Below are positions 1-13,742 of a stretch of DNA of 64,000 nt, in pieces; within the stretch, counting starts at the first letter, position 1, and each line of letters starts with the position of its first letter. The notes under the pieces are model-generated. The model ran no database searches, was not told the origin of the DNA, and saw only the letters and a program-made list of their open reading frames with translations. Made by a program: the position numbers and the translations under genes. This DNA is from Oikopleura dioica (lineage: Eukaryota; Animalia; Chordata): NCBI GenBank assembly GCA_907165135.1, contig OU015568.1, positions 9,300,001 through 9,364,000 on the forward strand. The letters are read 5' to 3'.

Positions 1-66
1 AAAATTACAAACAATTCAAACTCAATATCACAAAAGTTGTTTTTCAGTCGGATTTATTGTCTTATC

Positions 67-1352
67 ATGAGTGCAATGACGCTACAGGGGCGAAAGCCCG
101 TGGAGGAGCTTGGTTTCACTCTAGTCTTGGTGTTTTCTTTTTCACTTATAAAATATATTCAATCAGATGTTTATTTTTATTTGCTTTTATTCAATATAAA
201 CAGCTATATATACTCCCGCATAAATATTATTTGCTACTCATGCGTCTATTTTCCTCCAGAAATACCCTAAATCAGCTCACGAACATATGAAAATCGACTT
301 TGGTGGCATGTTCTTCCACGCGCCTGGCTCCAGCATCCCTTCTGAAAAGCTCTTGAAAGACATGTCCATTCCAGACACCTACTTTGTCCGGCAATTCCCC
401 TACCACTTCAAAGACAACTTACAATTTTCCGACGACGACGCAGTGCTCGAGAGTTTGAAGGAGTACAAACGCCTCGGTGGAGGTACTGTTGTTGAAGTTT
501 CTACAGTTGGCTTGCAGCGAGACGTTGAAAGATGCGCCAAACTCGGGGAAAAGAGTGGCCTAAATGTCATCATGGGAACCGGCTATTATGTCAACTCGAT
601 GCAAAAAGAAGCGACGAGGAAGTTCACCGTCGAGGTAGAAAGGAAGTTTCAAAGAATAAAATTTTAATCCCTTTTTAGAGCATGCAAACTTTCATGTCCG
701 ACGAGCTCCTGAATGGATTCCACGGTTTCGAAGGCAAATACTACCCTGGCATCGTTGGCGAAATGGGCGTTACTGCACCCATGGCTGAGTGGGAAGTGAA
801 TCATTTGCGCGCTGCTGGAGGACTTCACGAAGTAGAGGGAATAAAAAATGTTCCAATAACCATTCATCCTGGAAGAGCGCCGGAAAGTCCGTTTGAAATC
901 ATGCGGATTTTGACAGAAGCAGGGGCTAGGCCAGAACGAGTGATCATGGGCCACATGGATCGAACGATTCATAATTACGACGAGCTTGTGCGATTGGCCG
1001 ATGAGTGGAAATGCTTCATTCAATACGATCTTTTCGGAGTGGAGACTTCCCACTACCAAATGGCGAATTGTTTCTACCCGAGCGATGGAGAACGGCTCAA
1101 CCGACTCAAGGTAATCAGGACAAATCGCAATTGTCTATCCGTTCTTAGCACCTAATGGACAACGGATTCGAAGACAAGCTGCTGATCGGGCACGATATTC
1201 ACACAAAACACCGTTTGGAAAAGTATGGCGGCCACGGTTACGCGCATCTTCTTCGAGTTGTCAAGGGCGATGCTTTGAGCGTCGTGGGCGTGAGCGAGGA
1301 GCAGTGGAACAAACTCGGCGTCATCAATCCGCAGAAGATTCTTCAATTCTAG
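67..1352 (+). CDS. PTER: Phosphotriesterase-related protein (amidohydrolase fold), 4 exons
   Basis: Motifs GFTL..HEH, GTVVEVST, MGTGYY, GIVGEMG, IHPGR, GHMDR, YDLFG, LIGHDIH. GT-AG introns at 635-678 and 1111-1148; the first intron junction is ambiguous. Confidence 0.9.
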
Positions 1353-1682
1353 AAGCAGCTTGTGCTTATGATGAGGATGATTCTACTTTGTCAACTTGTG
1401 ATTCATCCCTTTTCCTTTCTGATTTCAAATCATGCTCTAAGATTTAGAGATTTTTCATTTCAATCCTTCAGTTCAATCTTTTTTTCCATTTTCCAATTCT
1501 GATTCAATCTCCTTGATTAAAAATGAAAAAGTTTCTCGAACATGTTATTATTTACGCCGTCGGAGAGACAGCTGCATGAACCGGTCAAAAGAGTAACACG
1601 GCGACCAATAAGAAGATCACAATTTCAGCGACTGCAGATTTCGAGAACAGAAAAAAAGACTCACTTTTTATCATTTTCAGAG

Positions 1683-2925
1683 ATGGGCTCGGACCGGGAC
1701 GTTTCAGAGAAGAGGGATTTTTCACCGAAACTCGAGAAACTGAAACTCTTCCTTGAGAAAAATACGAAAAAACTTGAGCGAGAAACGCAGGAAAATCTCA
1801 ACAGACAAAGGGAAGCGGAGAAGGAGCTTGTGAGAGTAAGGTTTTTGAATTGGGCAATTGCCAAGTCTGGGCAAGAAAATCTGCTTTACAGTCAAAAATA
1901 TGCACTGGAAGAGGAGAATCAGGTGACCAACATATTCTTTTACGTAGGGTGATCATTTCTAGGAGCCACTGGACATTGATAAAGTAGAAAAAGTTCTCCA
2001 AAACTTCCTGTCCGTCATGAACACTGTTGCGTCGAGATACCCAGGCGAAGAAAATGCGCTGAAAAAGCTTCTAGAAGAAAAACGAACCCGAACTAAAATT
2101 GAGAAAACGCGAGAGTGGCGATGTGCGAGTATCGCCAATGGAGAAGTCATTTCCCATGCTAACTATGAGGTCTGTTCCACCTGCTGTTTATGAGTTGACT
2201 TTTTATTAGAGTTTGAAGAAGCTTAATCTACAAAAAGCTGAAATTTTGGAAAAACGAAATGAAGCCGTGAAGAGATTCAGCGATGAAGACGAGACGAAAA
2301 ATGAAGTTCTCCTCGAATTCTTGGAAATTTACAAGAAAACAAAGGTAAGAAATTATTATATATCAGGCTCGAAAATAGGCAGCAAAGAATGTTTTTGAGT
2401 TTGCATGTCCGCCTGAACGAATTCTGGCCTTTGTTAGGCACAAGGTCTCCCCATCTGATTTCTTCAAACGTATCACTGATACGGTATCAGTCACACTTGA
2501 GAGCTAACTTGAAATTAGGATATTGAAGGCGACCGAGTTGTTCCTGTCCCACTCAAGCTAGAAATGTCAGAAATCCGCGAAGGAATAAAACAAATTGGGA
2601 ACAAGAACTTGGAGGTTCTCGACGCTGCTCTTCTTCGAATGAAACCTCTGCTTGATCCGATTTTAGCTCAATTCAGCGCCTTTGAAGTTCTCAAAGTAAG
2701 TCTTTCGCGATGAATAATTATTAGTAATTGACTCATTTCAATAAGAAAAACAACCTGGTGCTCGATGACCTCCTCGATCGATACGAAAAAGGAACAATGT
2801 TTCAGAAGTCCGAAATCATGCACAGCATGCTAATCACTGATGAGCAAACCGGTCTGGTTCAATTTTCCTCTGAATTCAAGGATATTGGCGACGACTTGAA
2901 AAAAGTCTTCAGCATGAACCAATGA
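1683..2925 (+). CDS. Uncharacterised multi-exon protein with N-terminal coiled coil
   Basis: An AG acceptor lies 2 nt before ATG 1683. Open exons join through short GT-AG introns (e.g. EPLDIDKVEKVL..., SLKKLNLQKAE..., KNNLVLDDLLD...MNQ*). No family recognised. Confidence 0.6.
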
Positions 2926-3890
2926 ACCATCCTAATGTTCCTCACTGCCTTTCTTCTTCGTTCACATTTCCACAAAATTCACCGCAAATAATCTTGTTTT
3001 CTTCCTTTATCTTTCACCACAGATTGTCCTGTGCAATATTTTGGATCCTCACTATCTGAAAAAATGCTGTCAAACATTTTACTTACAATTGAGGACTTTT
3101 AGACCCGAAAGTCCTGGATAAAGGGCACTGTATGACAATTTAACCTTTGGAGTGGAGCTCGATTCATGTCCCAATCGCCCCCAAAGAAGTATCGTAAAAC
3201 TGTAAACGGAAAAACGTGAGTACAAGCAATTTTTACCTCGAAAATATTATTGAGGTCACACTAGTGTAACAATGCTACACTTATATAATATAAGTTGTAT
3301 TATTAGTAGTTGAGCTGGGTATCGATTAATGACAGGTGTAATTATCGACCAGTTCAGTTGACTGTGTGTGCGTTTTACTGATCTAAAATAAATTCATATC
3401 CTCGCTCGAGATCTCGAACTCAAAATTGCTCGATCAATATTGATCCTGGGAAAAGGGCAATATTTTGATTCTTGAGTCACCCTACGTCAGCGCTTTTATT
3501 CGCACATTCAGACACACTCAAAAGGGAAAGGAAAAGGCTACTAGAATCCTTTTTGTTAGAGAGAGCACTTCAGCATACCAACAATAAGTAACGAGGTACG
3601 GTACCGATTGAAAGAAAATATCATTTTCTCTGCGGGTTTAATTACTACTTGATCAGATCATCATCTGGTATTTTCTGGTTGAAAGATTTTAATTGCCTTT
3701 GAAATAGATTCTTTGACAGTCTATATCTATTGCTAATTGAAGCCATCAGAATCCGCCCTTAAGAACTCCTAGAGAAAGACTTGCTATTGTAACAGATCTC
3801 GACATAAAAAAGCGCTGTCTAAATATTGACCACTCCGATTAAATCAATCCTAGATATCAGTAGTCCTTGTTGTCCCCCAAGAAATTGAGA

Positions 3891-6800
3891 ATGGGTTGCT
3901 CTGAAAGCAAATCACCCGTTATAAATGAACCTGTTAGTTTTTACTATTATAATGAGAGTGAAAATTCTAGCGCGTCACAAGAGAACTCGAACGGTCACGA
4001 CCACGAGATGGCTACCAATGGCGCTGAAGAGATTGATGAGTCGCTGTATTCACGGCAGCTCTATGTTCTTGGAGCCGATGCGATGAAAAAAATGTCCAAG
4101 TCCAGGTATGGGGCAAAGCATTCTCTTCCTTGATTTCAAATTGAAATTTTCAATTTCTTTCAGCGTTTTGATTGCTGGATTGGGACCCTGCGGCGTGGAA
4201 GCAGCAAAGAACATCATCCTCGGAGGAGTGAAAAAGGTCACCCTCTGGGACAATCAGAACGCTTCCTGGTTCGACATGGGCGCTCATTACTACATGAAAG
4301 AAGCCGACGTCACTTCCAGCCAGAACCGAGCGGCTTGCTCCTTCCAGCAGCTCAAGGAACTTAATCCTTACGTCTCCGTCGAGATTTCTGACTCGCCTGA
4401 GCTTACTGAAGCTATGATCACGGAACACAATGTTCTCTTGCTTACAGACACCATCAATGTCGTTGGACAAGATGAAGAAAAGCTCCTTGCTCTTGGAGAT
4501 CTTTGCCGAGCCTGTAACACCAGCGTTATTCTGGCCGAAGCTGCTGGCCTTGCTGGACGAGTCTTTTGCGATTTCGGGCAAAACCACACCGTTGTCGACA
4601 AGGACGGCGCAGAGCCCAAACAAGTTCTCATTTCCTCTGTCGTTCGTGATGGCGACTCTTTCACCGTCTCTTGTCACGACGAAGTCCGCCACGAGCTTGA
4701 AACCGGCGAGTTTGTGTCTTTTACCGAGATTCAAGGACTCGAAGGCCTTCTCAACCGAGAATTCGAAATCCGTGTCACTGGGCCGTTTGGCTTCACCATC
4801 CCAGCCGATGGAATTACTGGAGAAAAGAGCACAACAACTGGCTGGCTTCATCAAGTCAAAAAGCCGATCAATTTGAGCTTCAACACTTTGCGACAGGAAA
4901 TGACCTCGCCCAGTGACTTTGTCCTCACGGATTTTGGCAAGTTCGAGCGGCCAGCCACTTACCACGCTTGCTTCCGAGCTCTTGCAAAGTTCCAGGCTGA
5001 AGCCAACGATCTTCCAAAGCCGCACGACGAGGCCGATGCTACGAAATTCATCAACCTTGTCAATGGAATCCACGGATCTGAACTCGATGGAGCCGAAAAA
5101 GAAGCGGCAAAGAAGTTCGCCTTCACGGCTCGAGCTAAACTTCAGCCTGTTTCCTCAGCCATTGGCGCTATTGCTGCCCAGGAAGCTGTCAAGGCCGTTT
5201 CTGGCAAGTTTTCACCTATCAAGCAATGGTGGTACGTTTGTCTCCAAGAGTGTCTCCCGAGCACTCCGGTTACTGATGCCAAGGTTGCTGATAACCGATA
5301 TGCGTCTCAAATCGCCGCTTTTGGCCAAGGCTTCCAGGATAAAATGCTCAAGCAAAAATGGTTCCTTGTTGGCTCTGGAGCGATCGGCTGCGAATTGCTC
5401 AAAAACTTCGCGATGATGGGACTTGGAAATTTAATCGTAACAGACATGGACACAATCGAACGATCTAACTTGAACCGACAGTTCCTCTTCCGCTCTTGGG
5501 ATGTCGGTAAACACAAGGCCCAGGCCGCTGCCGAGGTTGTCATGCGAATGAATCCTGATATGAAGGTCGAGGCGCAGAACAACCGCGTTGGCGAGGACTC
5601 TCAGGATATCTACAACGATGAGTTCATGGAATCCCTCGATGGTGTTGCAAACGCTCTTGATAACGGTAAATGAAAATTTCTTAATCCCTCTTTGCTGATT
5701 TTGTTACTAGTGGATGCACGACTGTACATGGACAGAAGATGTGTTTACTACGGTAAGCCTCTTCTCGAGTCTGGCACCCTTGGAACAATGGGCAACACTC
5801 AAATCGTTGTCCCAAGAGTCACCGAGTCCTACGGCTCCTCCCGCGATCCACCAGAGAAATCCATTCCCATCTGTACTTTGAAAAATTTCCCAAATGCCAT
5901 CGAGCATTGCCTTCAGGTACCTTTTGAGCCTATTTTGGTAATAGTATGACTTGTTTTAGTGGGCGCGAGATAACTTTGAAGGACTGTTTACTGGACAGGC
6001 TGGCTCTGCGAAACAGTACCTTTCCGATCCCGCCGACTTTGTCGCAAAAACTGAGAAGCTGCCCGGCAACGAGCCAATCACCACTGCCCAGGGAGTCGTT
6101 GACTTCCTCATCGACCAAAAACCAAATGACTTCAATGACTGCATCGAATGGGCGCGCCACAGATTCGAAGAGAACTACGTCACCACCATTCTCCAGCTTC
6201 TTCACAATTTCCCTCCAGATCAGAAGACTTCCACAGGTGCTCCATTCTGGTCTGGTCCAAAGCGATGTCCAAAAGCGCTCAAATTCGACCCTGCGTAAGT
6301 CTAAAACTAAGACTCCGTCCTAATCGAATACTAGCGACGCAACTCACCGTGATTACGTCGTTGCTGCTGCCTACTTGAGAGCCGAAAACTACTCAATTGC
6401 GCCGACAAAAATGTCCAATGACGAACTTGCCAAGTTCGCCGCTGGCGTCAAGGTTGCGGAATTCAAGCCAAAGCAGGTCAAGATCGCTACCACCGACGCT
6501 GAAGGTACAAACCACCAGTTTTATTTTGCTTTCTAATCATTTATTGTAGCAAAGGCCGAGGCAGAAGCTGGTGGTGGATTTGATGGAGATCAGCTGAACA
6601 ATTTGTTTGCCAAGCTCCCATCAGATGCTTCCAAGGTGAGATTGAATTATCATAGAAAAAAGCTTTAACGTTCTCAGGTGGCTGAGTTGAACTCACAGAT
6701 CGTCCCAGCTGACTTCGAAAAAGACGATGACTCGAACCGCCACATCGATTTCATCGTCGCTTGCTCGAATCTCCGAGCGGCCAACTACGGAATCGAGCCA

Positions 6801-7492
6801 GCTGATCGTTCAAAATCTAAGGTACTTGCTTTTAGTTTCTGCAGTCTTTTCATCCCATTTTTCAGCGAATTGCTGGCCGAATTATTCCTGCTATCGCGAC
6901 AACAACCGCCCTTGTCGCCGGTCTAATCTCTGCCGAGCTTTACAAGATCGTCAACGGAATCGACGACATTGAAAAGTATCGAAATACTTTCATGAATCTC
7001 GCGATTCCAGCGTTTTCCTTCTCCGAGCCCATGGCTCCACCAAAGGTAAAACTGAAAATGTAGCTCTTTTATACTATACAACTTTAGAACACTTATTTGG
7101 GAGACCAGCACTGGACCCTCTGGGATCGATTTGATATCGACGGACGAAAAGAAAATGGCGGAGAGATGACAATTGGCGAGCTCCTCGACCATTTCAAGAA
7201 TGATAGGAAGCTTGAGGTCCAGATGCTGAGCTCTGGAGTTACACTTCTCTACTCCTTCTTCCTCAACCCGCCGAAGAAGAAGCAGGACCGACTTGCCATG
7301 ACTGTCAGGTAAGCTCTCTACAATCGTTACTGTAGCTAAATGCTCATTCTCTCTAGTGAGGCAGTGAAAACAGTCGGCAAAAAAGAAATCGGCGCGCACG
7401 AGCGATACCTCGTACTTGACGTCTGCTGCAATGACCTGACAGAAGCCGAAGAAGATCAAGACGTTCCATATGTTCGCTATCGTTTCCGATAG
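3891..7492 (+). CDS. UBA1: Ubiquitin-activating enzyme E1; second start MATNG at 4008
   Basis: [42 protein letters not shown], catalytic PICTLKNFP (Cys codon 5872-5874), [13 protein letters not shown] and a UFD C-terminus; canonical short introns. Confidence 0.97.
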
Positions 7493-7891
7493 TTCAAAAG
7501 TTCAATAAACCAATTGAAAAAACATGAAAATTTTAAACAGAAACTCCCTTTTTCGATTTCGTGCATTCATACCATTAATGATAATCCGCGCTTACTTGTT
7601 ACTTGTGCACTTCTACACGTAAAACACGGCCTGTTTAAATTTAGCTGCAATTTCCCAAGAAGATACATTGAAAAATTACAAACCCTTGGCCATTTCTATC
7701 TTAGTACTATAACTTATAGTCTACAAGTCATTGACTGTATGAAAGATCTATTAAATTGAAATAAAGAAGTAATATAAAGAAAAAAACTGGCTATGCGGGA
7801 GAGCTTATGCCTCTTTTTATGCAAAGATAAACGTCTAGAATGAGCTAAATCTACAAACAGTACATACGGTTGCTTATAAAGAACAGAAAGA

Positions 7892-9697
<1,806 letters not shown>

Positions 9698-9862
9698 AAA
9701 CACGAAAATTTCGACTAGTGTACCCTAACCTTCAATTTGCTACCTCTAATTATACAATTGTTTCAGTGCTCGAATAGTTTCCTTATTTCTGTGATTTTCC
9801 ATGATTGTTAAATAACCTTATTTATACTAAAACTATTCAATGATTATTCAAATTCAGATTTG

Positions 9863-11028
9863 ATGTCGGATGGAATGTCCGATGAGGACGATTTCGTCCC
9901 ACCAACGCGCGTCCGCATGATCTCTCTAGGCGACAGTGGGAGTGGAAAGTCAGCATTGATAAAACGGCACTGTGAAAAACGCTTCGTCGGACATTACGTC
10001 CAAACTATTGGTATTGATTACGGCGCCATCAAAATCAAACGCGACTGGCATCAACAGAGCCAGGAGGACGTTTCCATTGCGATATTTGACGTTGGAGGAC
10101 ACGATTTATTCTACCAAGTTCGACGGGTAATTGATCATGTGATTATTTGGGCTTATGTACACAACTCGAAATGGGTTTAACTCCAAATGATTTTTCTCCA
10201 AATGGCTTCTACTCCAAATGCACGAACTCCAAATGGCGTCCACTTTCCCAACTTACCTCTCAACCATTTTTCATGTCTTTTTTTTATATATGCGCGCGGA
10301 GTGCGCCATCCATGACTTTTTCATTTGGAGTTCGTGCATTTGGAGTAGAAGACATTTGGAGAAAAATCATTTGGAGTTAACCCCATTTCGAGTTGTGTAC
10401 ACGGCCCCGATTATTTCCATCATTAAATTTAATCACGTGATAGGAATTCTATGAGGGAACGGAAGCAGCGCTTATTGTCTTTGACACAAGCTGCGAGAAT
10501 CACGTGGCCACGCTGGAACGCTGGAAGCGCGAATTTCTCCAAAACGGGGGGAACTTAGAGAAATGTCTTATCATCGTCGCTGCGAACAAAACGGACTTGA
10601 GTTCATCGAGAAAATTGACGGACGCGGAAGTTTGGGCGGAGGAAAATGGCTTTAAATTTGTGAAAACTTCGGCGAAAACTGGCGAAGGCGTGGAGGACAT
10701 CTTCCGGCTGATATGCTCCGCTGCGCTGATGGAGAAACGAGGGCCGAGCTTTCATTCTAATTGCACGAGAGAGCAGCTCGAGGCTGTGCAGAAAATTCGC
10801 AACGCAACAAATGACTACGACGTTCTCGGACTAACGCTAAGTAAGAGATGCTCTTTTTTGTATGCTTTTTTGAGTATAATTTTAGGAGCTAATCGGGACG
10901 ATGTGGATCGCGCTTGGAAGAAACTCTGCCGACTGGTTCATCCGGATAAAACTTCAGCGCCAGGAGCTCATGAGGCGATACAGCGGCTTAACAAAGCCAA
11001 AGAGGCGCTCAAAAAGAGCACCGTATAG
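9863..11028 (+). CDS. DNAJC27: Rab-like GTPase plus C-terminal J domain (RBJ)
   Basis: GDSGSGKS, TIGIDYG, DVGGH, NKTD and TSAKTG, followed by a J domain with HPDK. Confidence 0.93.
10149..10408. mobile_element. MITE / foldback-type non-autonomous DNA element in a DNAJC27 intron
   Basis: Inverted arms 10156-10235 and 10322-10401 (80 bp, 2 mismatches), each with 4 copies of CTCCAAATG. The 8-bp direct repeat GATTATTT flanks it at 10141-10148 and 10409-10416. Confidence 0.92.
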
Positions 11029-11252
11029 CACCGAAGTTCTTAGTTTAGTGACATTCCTCTTGTATATAACATTATTTTGTGGCGACCTACTATTTCCTTA
11101 TAGATCCGCTAGTGCCTGGGTTACCGTTACCACTTGGTTGTAGATTTTGTTCTGTATTCTCTTCAAACTCACATATTTTTAACATCTTTATACCTCTCTT
11201 CTTTTTCGCATATTTTCTAAATTCAACACAATCTATCGACAATCATTTAGCG

Positions 11253-12434
11253 ATGCTGAGAGCGAATCGGATTATCGGACCACGACTTTGTCAGCTACGA
11301 GCGTATAATTTCAGAAATGAAGAGGTCAAGCTTCCAGGAATGAAGGAAGAAGTAGAATTGAGCGAAGAAATGCGCAAGATCGAGAAGGCTCTGCTGGAAG
11401 GTGCAAAAGACTCCCCAGAATTGCTGAAAGAAATTAGAGGGATTTATAGCCCGTACAAAGCGCTGAATATCCCTGAGACAGCAACGCAGCAAGAAATACG
11501 CGATACAATCAGTCTGAGAAGAAGGCAGTATCAAGCTCAAATCGAAGATGTTCAAAAACGCCTTCATGCTAATTCAACTCCTGATTCTGATTCTGCTCTG
11601 ATAGCGACTGCTAATGATCAAATAGCGAAGCTAGAACAAAGTCTAGCCGAAGTCAACGAAGTCGAGAACCTTTTAGGATCGATACAAGCGCGGCGAAAAT
11701 TTGATCAAGAGTACGCGCTACAAGTTCATCAAGTAATTTGGAATGATCTCTCCAGGGGCGAGAAGATCCGACATCAGTTAGCCAAGGTCATCAGATCTAT
11801 CAATTACCTTTTTTCTCAAGCGGTTTAATTAGAAAATTATATATGAATGAAACCATCATCTTTTGACCTTTCTTCAGCCACAATGCGACTTCAAACCGCG
11901 TTGAGGATCAAGGACAGCCTTCCACCCGCCCTTGCCAATCGCATGGAAGATCAATTAGTGACCGCGAAGCAGCAAAAGCTCGTGTTTACAAGCCGCTTCG
12001 GCAGTAAGTCCGCCAGGATGACGTATTGGCAGTTTGGCTACTTGTTTCTTTTCGGCTGTTATTTTATATGCAGGCACAGTGGAATGCTGATTAGACACAT
12101 GCCAAGGCTATCTTGACATTTTTGCCTATTCCCCATTTACAGATTGGACGAGATGTGCTACGAGGACAAATGCTGGCACCAGGCTTGCTACGTATACGGA
12201 GATAATCCAGCTCGCTTCGAACGCTGCAAGCGCCATCTTTATTTCATCGCTCTTTGTTGGAATCAAGGATTTTGGGATCACATGATCTACCGGTATTTTA
12301 TCCCGCGCGAGATGAAGGACTCTGTCGTAGATTCATTCGCCGAAAGTGTGCGCGTCAAGGAGGAGCTGGAGGGATTAGCTCAAAAGGCTAAAATTAACGA
12401 TGGCAGAAAGGAGAAAGATTACTTTTTAAATTGA
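11253..12434 (+). CDS. Predicted mitochondrial protein with a J-like domain lacking HPD
   Basis: Arg-rich, acid-free N-terminus MLRANRIIGPRLCQLRAY; J-like segments PYKALNIPETATQQEIR...ARRKFDQEY; further spliced exons run to 12434. Confidence 0.6.
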
Positions 12435-13742
12435 GCTGCGATTATGACGTACAATACGTCTTCTGAGAGGTACTAAAAGCCGAAGTTCACGGTATTCTTC
12501 CTTGATTTCGTCCCAGTGTTTTTGAGTTTCCTTGCTTTTCCTTTACTAGATCTTGGCTCAATTGACAGGTCTTGACACGGCTGAGCAGACTGAAATAAAT
12601 ATTCATAACGGCCAGAAATTGTCGATAATGCAACCAAAGCCATGTCGTTTTTCTGATACTGGATGAAAGAGAGAAAGGAGCTTGTAGTTATATCTGCCAG
12701 AATATGCAATCACACAGTTTTTAAATACAGTTTTTCAGAGAATTCCCAACTGACCGCGGGACTAAGCATATCGACCAAACGCGAGAAATGCGCTTATTTC
12801 TATTTTACTCAACGATGAGAGACTTTATTCTCGAAGACTTTATTTATTTATTGCTGAAGAAAATCTTCCATTTCATTCGTATTTATTTTGATAGTGACAA
12901 GTTCATAGGTTTACTGCAATTGACTACTGACAAGAAGATCGATTTCTATATGCTGATATAAACCTTTCAATGCCCCCTTTTTTTAAAAGACGGCGCAGTC
13001 GCTGTTTCTAAAAAAGAGAAGAAAATGGACAAAGATAATTTAGATATCGTGAAAAGAAAATGGGCCCAAATCAATTAACAGAAGTGCCTGGATAGACACG
13101 AAAAGCAACCACCTTCTTTTCACTGTGAGTATTCTCTTCTTGAGAAAGTTTTGACAATTTTAAATTTATGAGCTTGAGTGTTTCCTCTAGGCGGCTTTAT
13201 TAAAATAATTATCTTTACTTCAATGCTAAATCATTCGTCAATAGAGTTTTATAGTTATTTCTGCGCTAGGAGTAATTTTACTAGACAAGAGAGGGAAAAA
13301 ATTATATTTACTTTTAGTACAAAAATGTACACAAGCTTATTTGGATAGAAATAGGTAAGGAAACAGGAAACGAGAGATCAGAGTTTTAATAATAATTTTC
13401 GCTGGACAATCGAGAGACGAATTATTTCAAATATCGATTAACCCAGAGAACTCTCTTAGCCCAGCAGCGATCCTCCTGTATGAGAAACAGTGCAATAATA
13501 AATTCACTTGAGTGAATTGAATTCACAGTCAATCGCGAAATCGCAGACCAGGGAGGATCGCGAGAGGCGATCTTTCTAGTTCCATTTCTATTTTTTCTCC
13601 GTGAAGAGGAGCAAAGTGCATTGAATACTTAGTTGGAAGGTTGTTGGAAGGGGAAAAACAAGTGAGAAAATTAGTCGAATCGCGAATCTTGAAGGTTCAA
13701 TTTAACAGGAGAGTTTAGAGGTCAAGAATCAACGAATCACTA

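Noticed and set aside
4150-5073. 307-aa antisense ORF within UBA1
   Set aside because: Shadow of a codon-biased sense exon; no recognisable motifs.
12473-12709. 78-aa minus-strand ORF
   Set aside because: No homology or clear splice structure.
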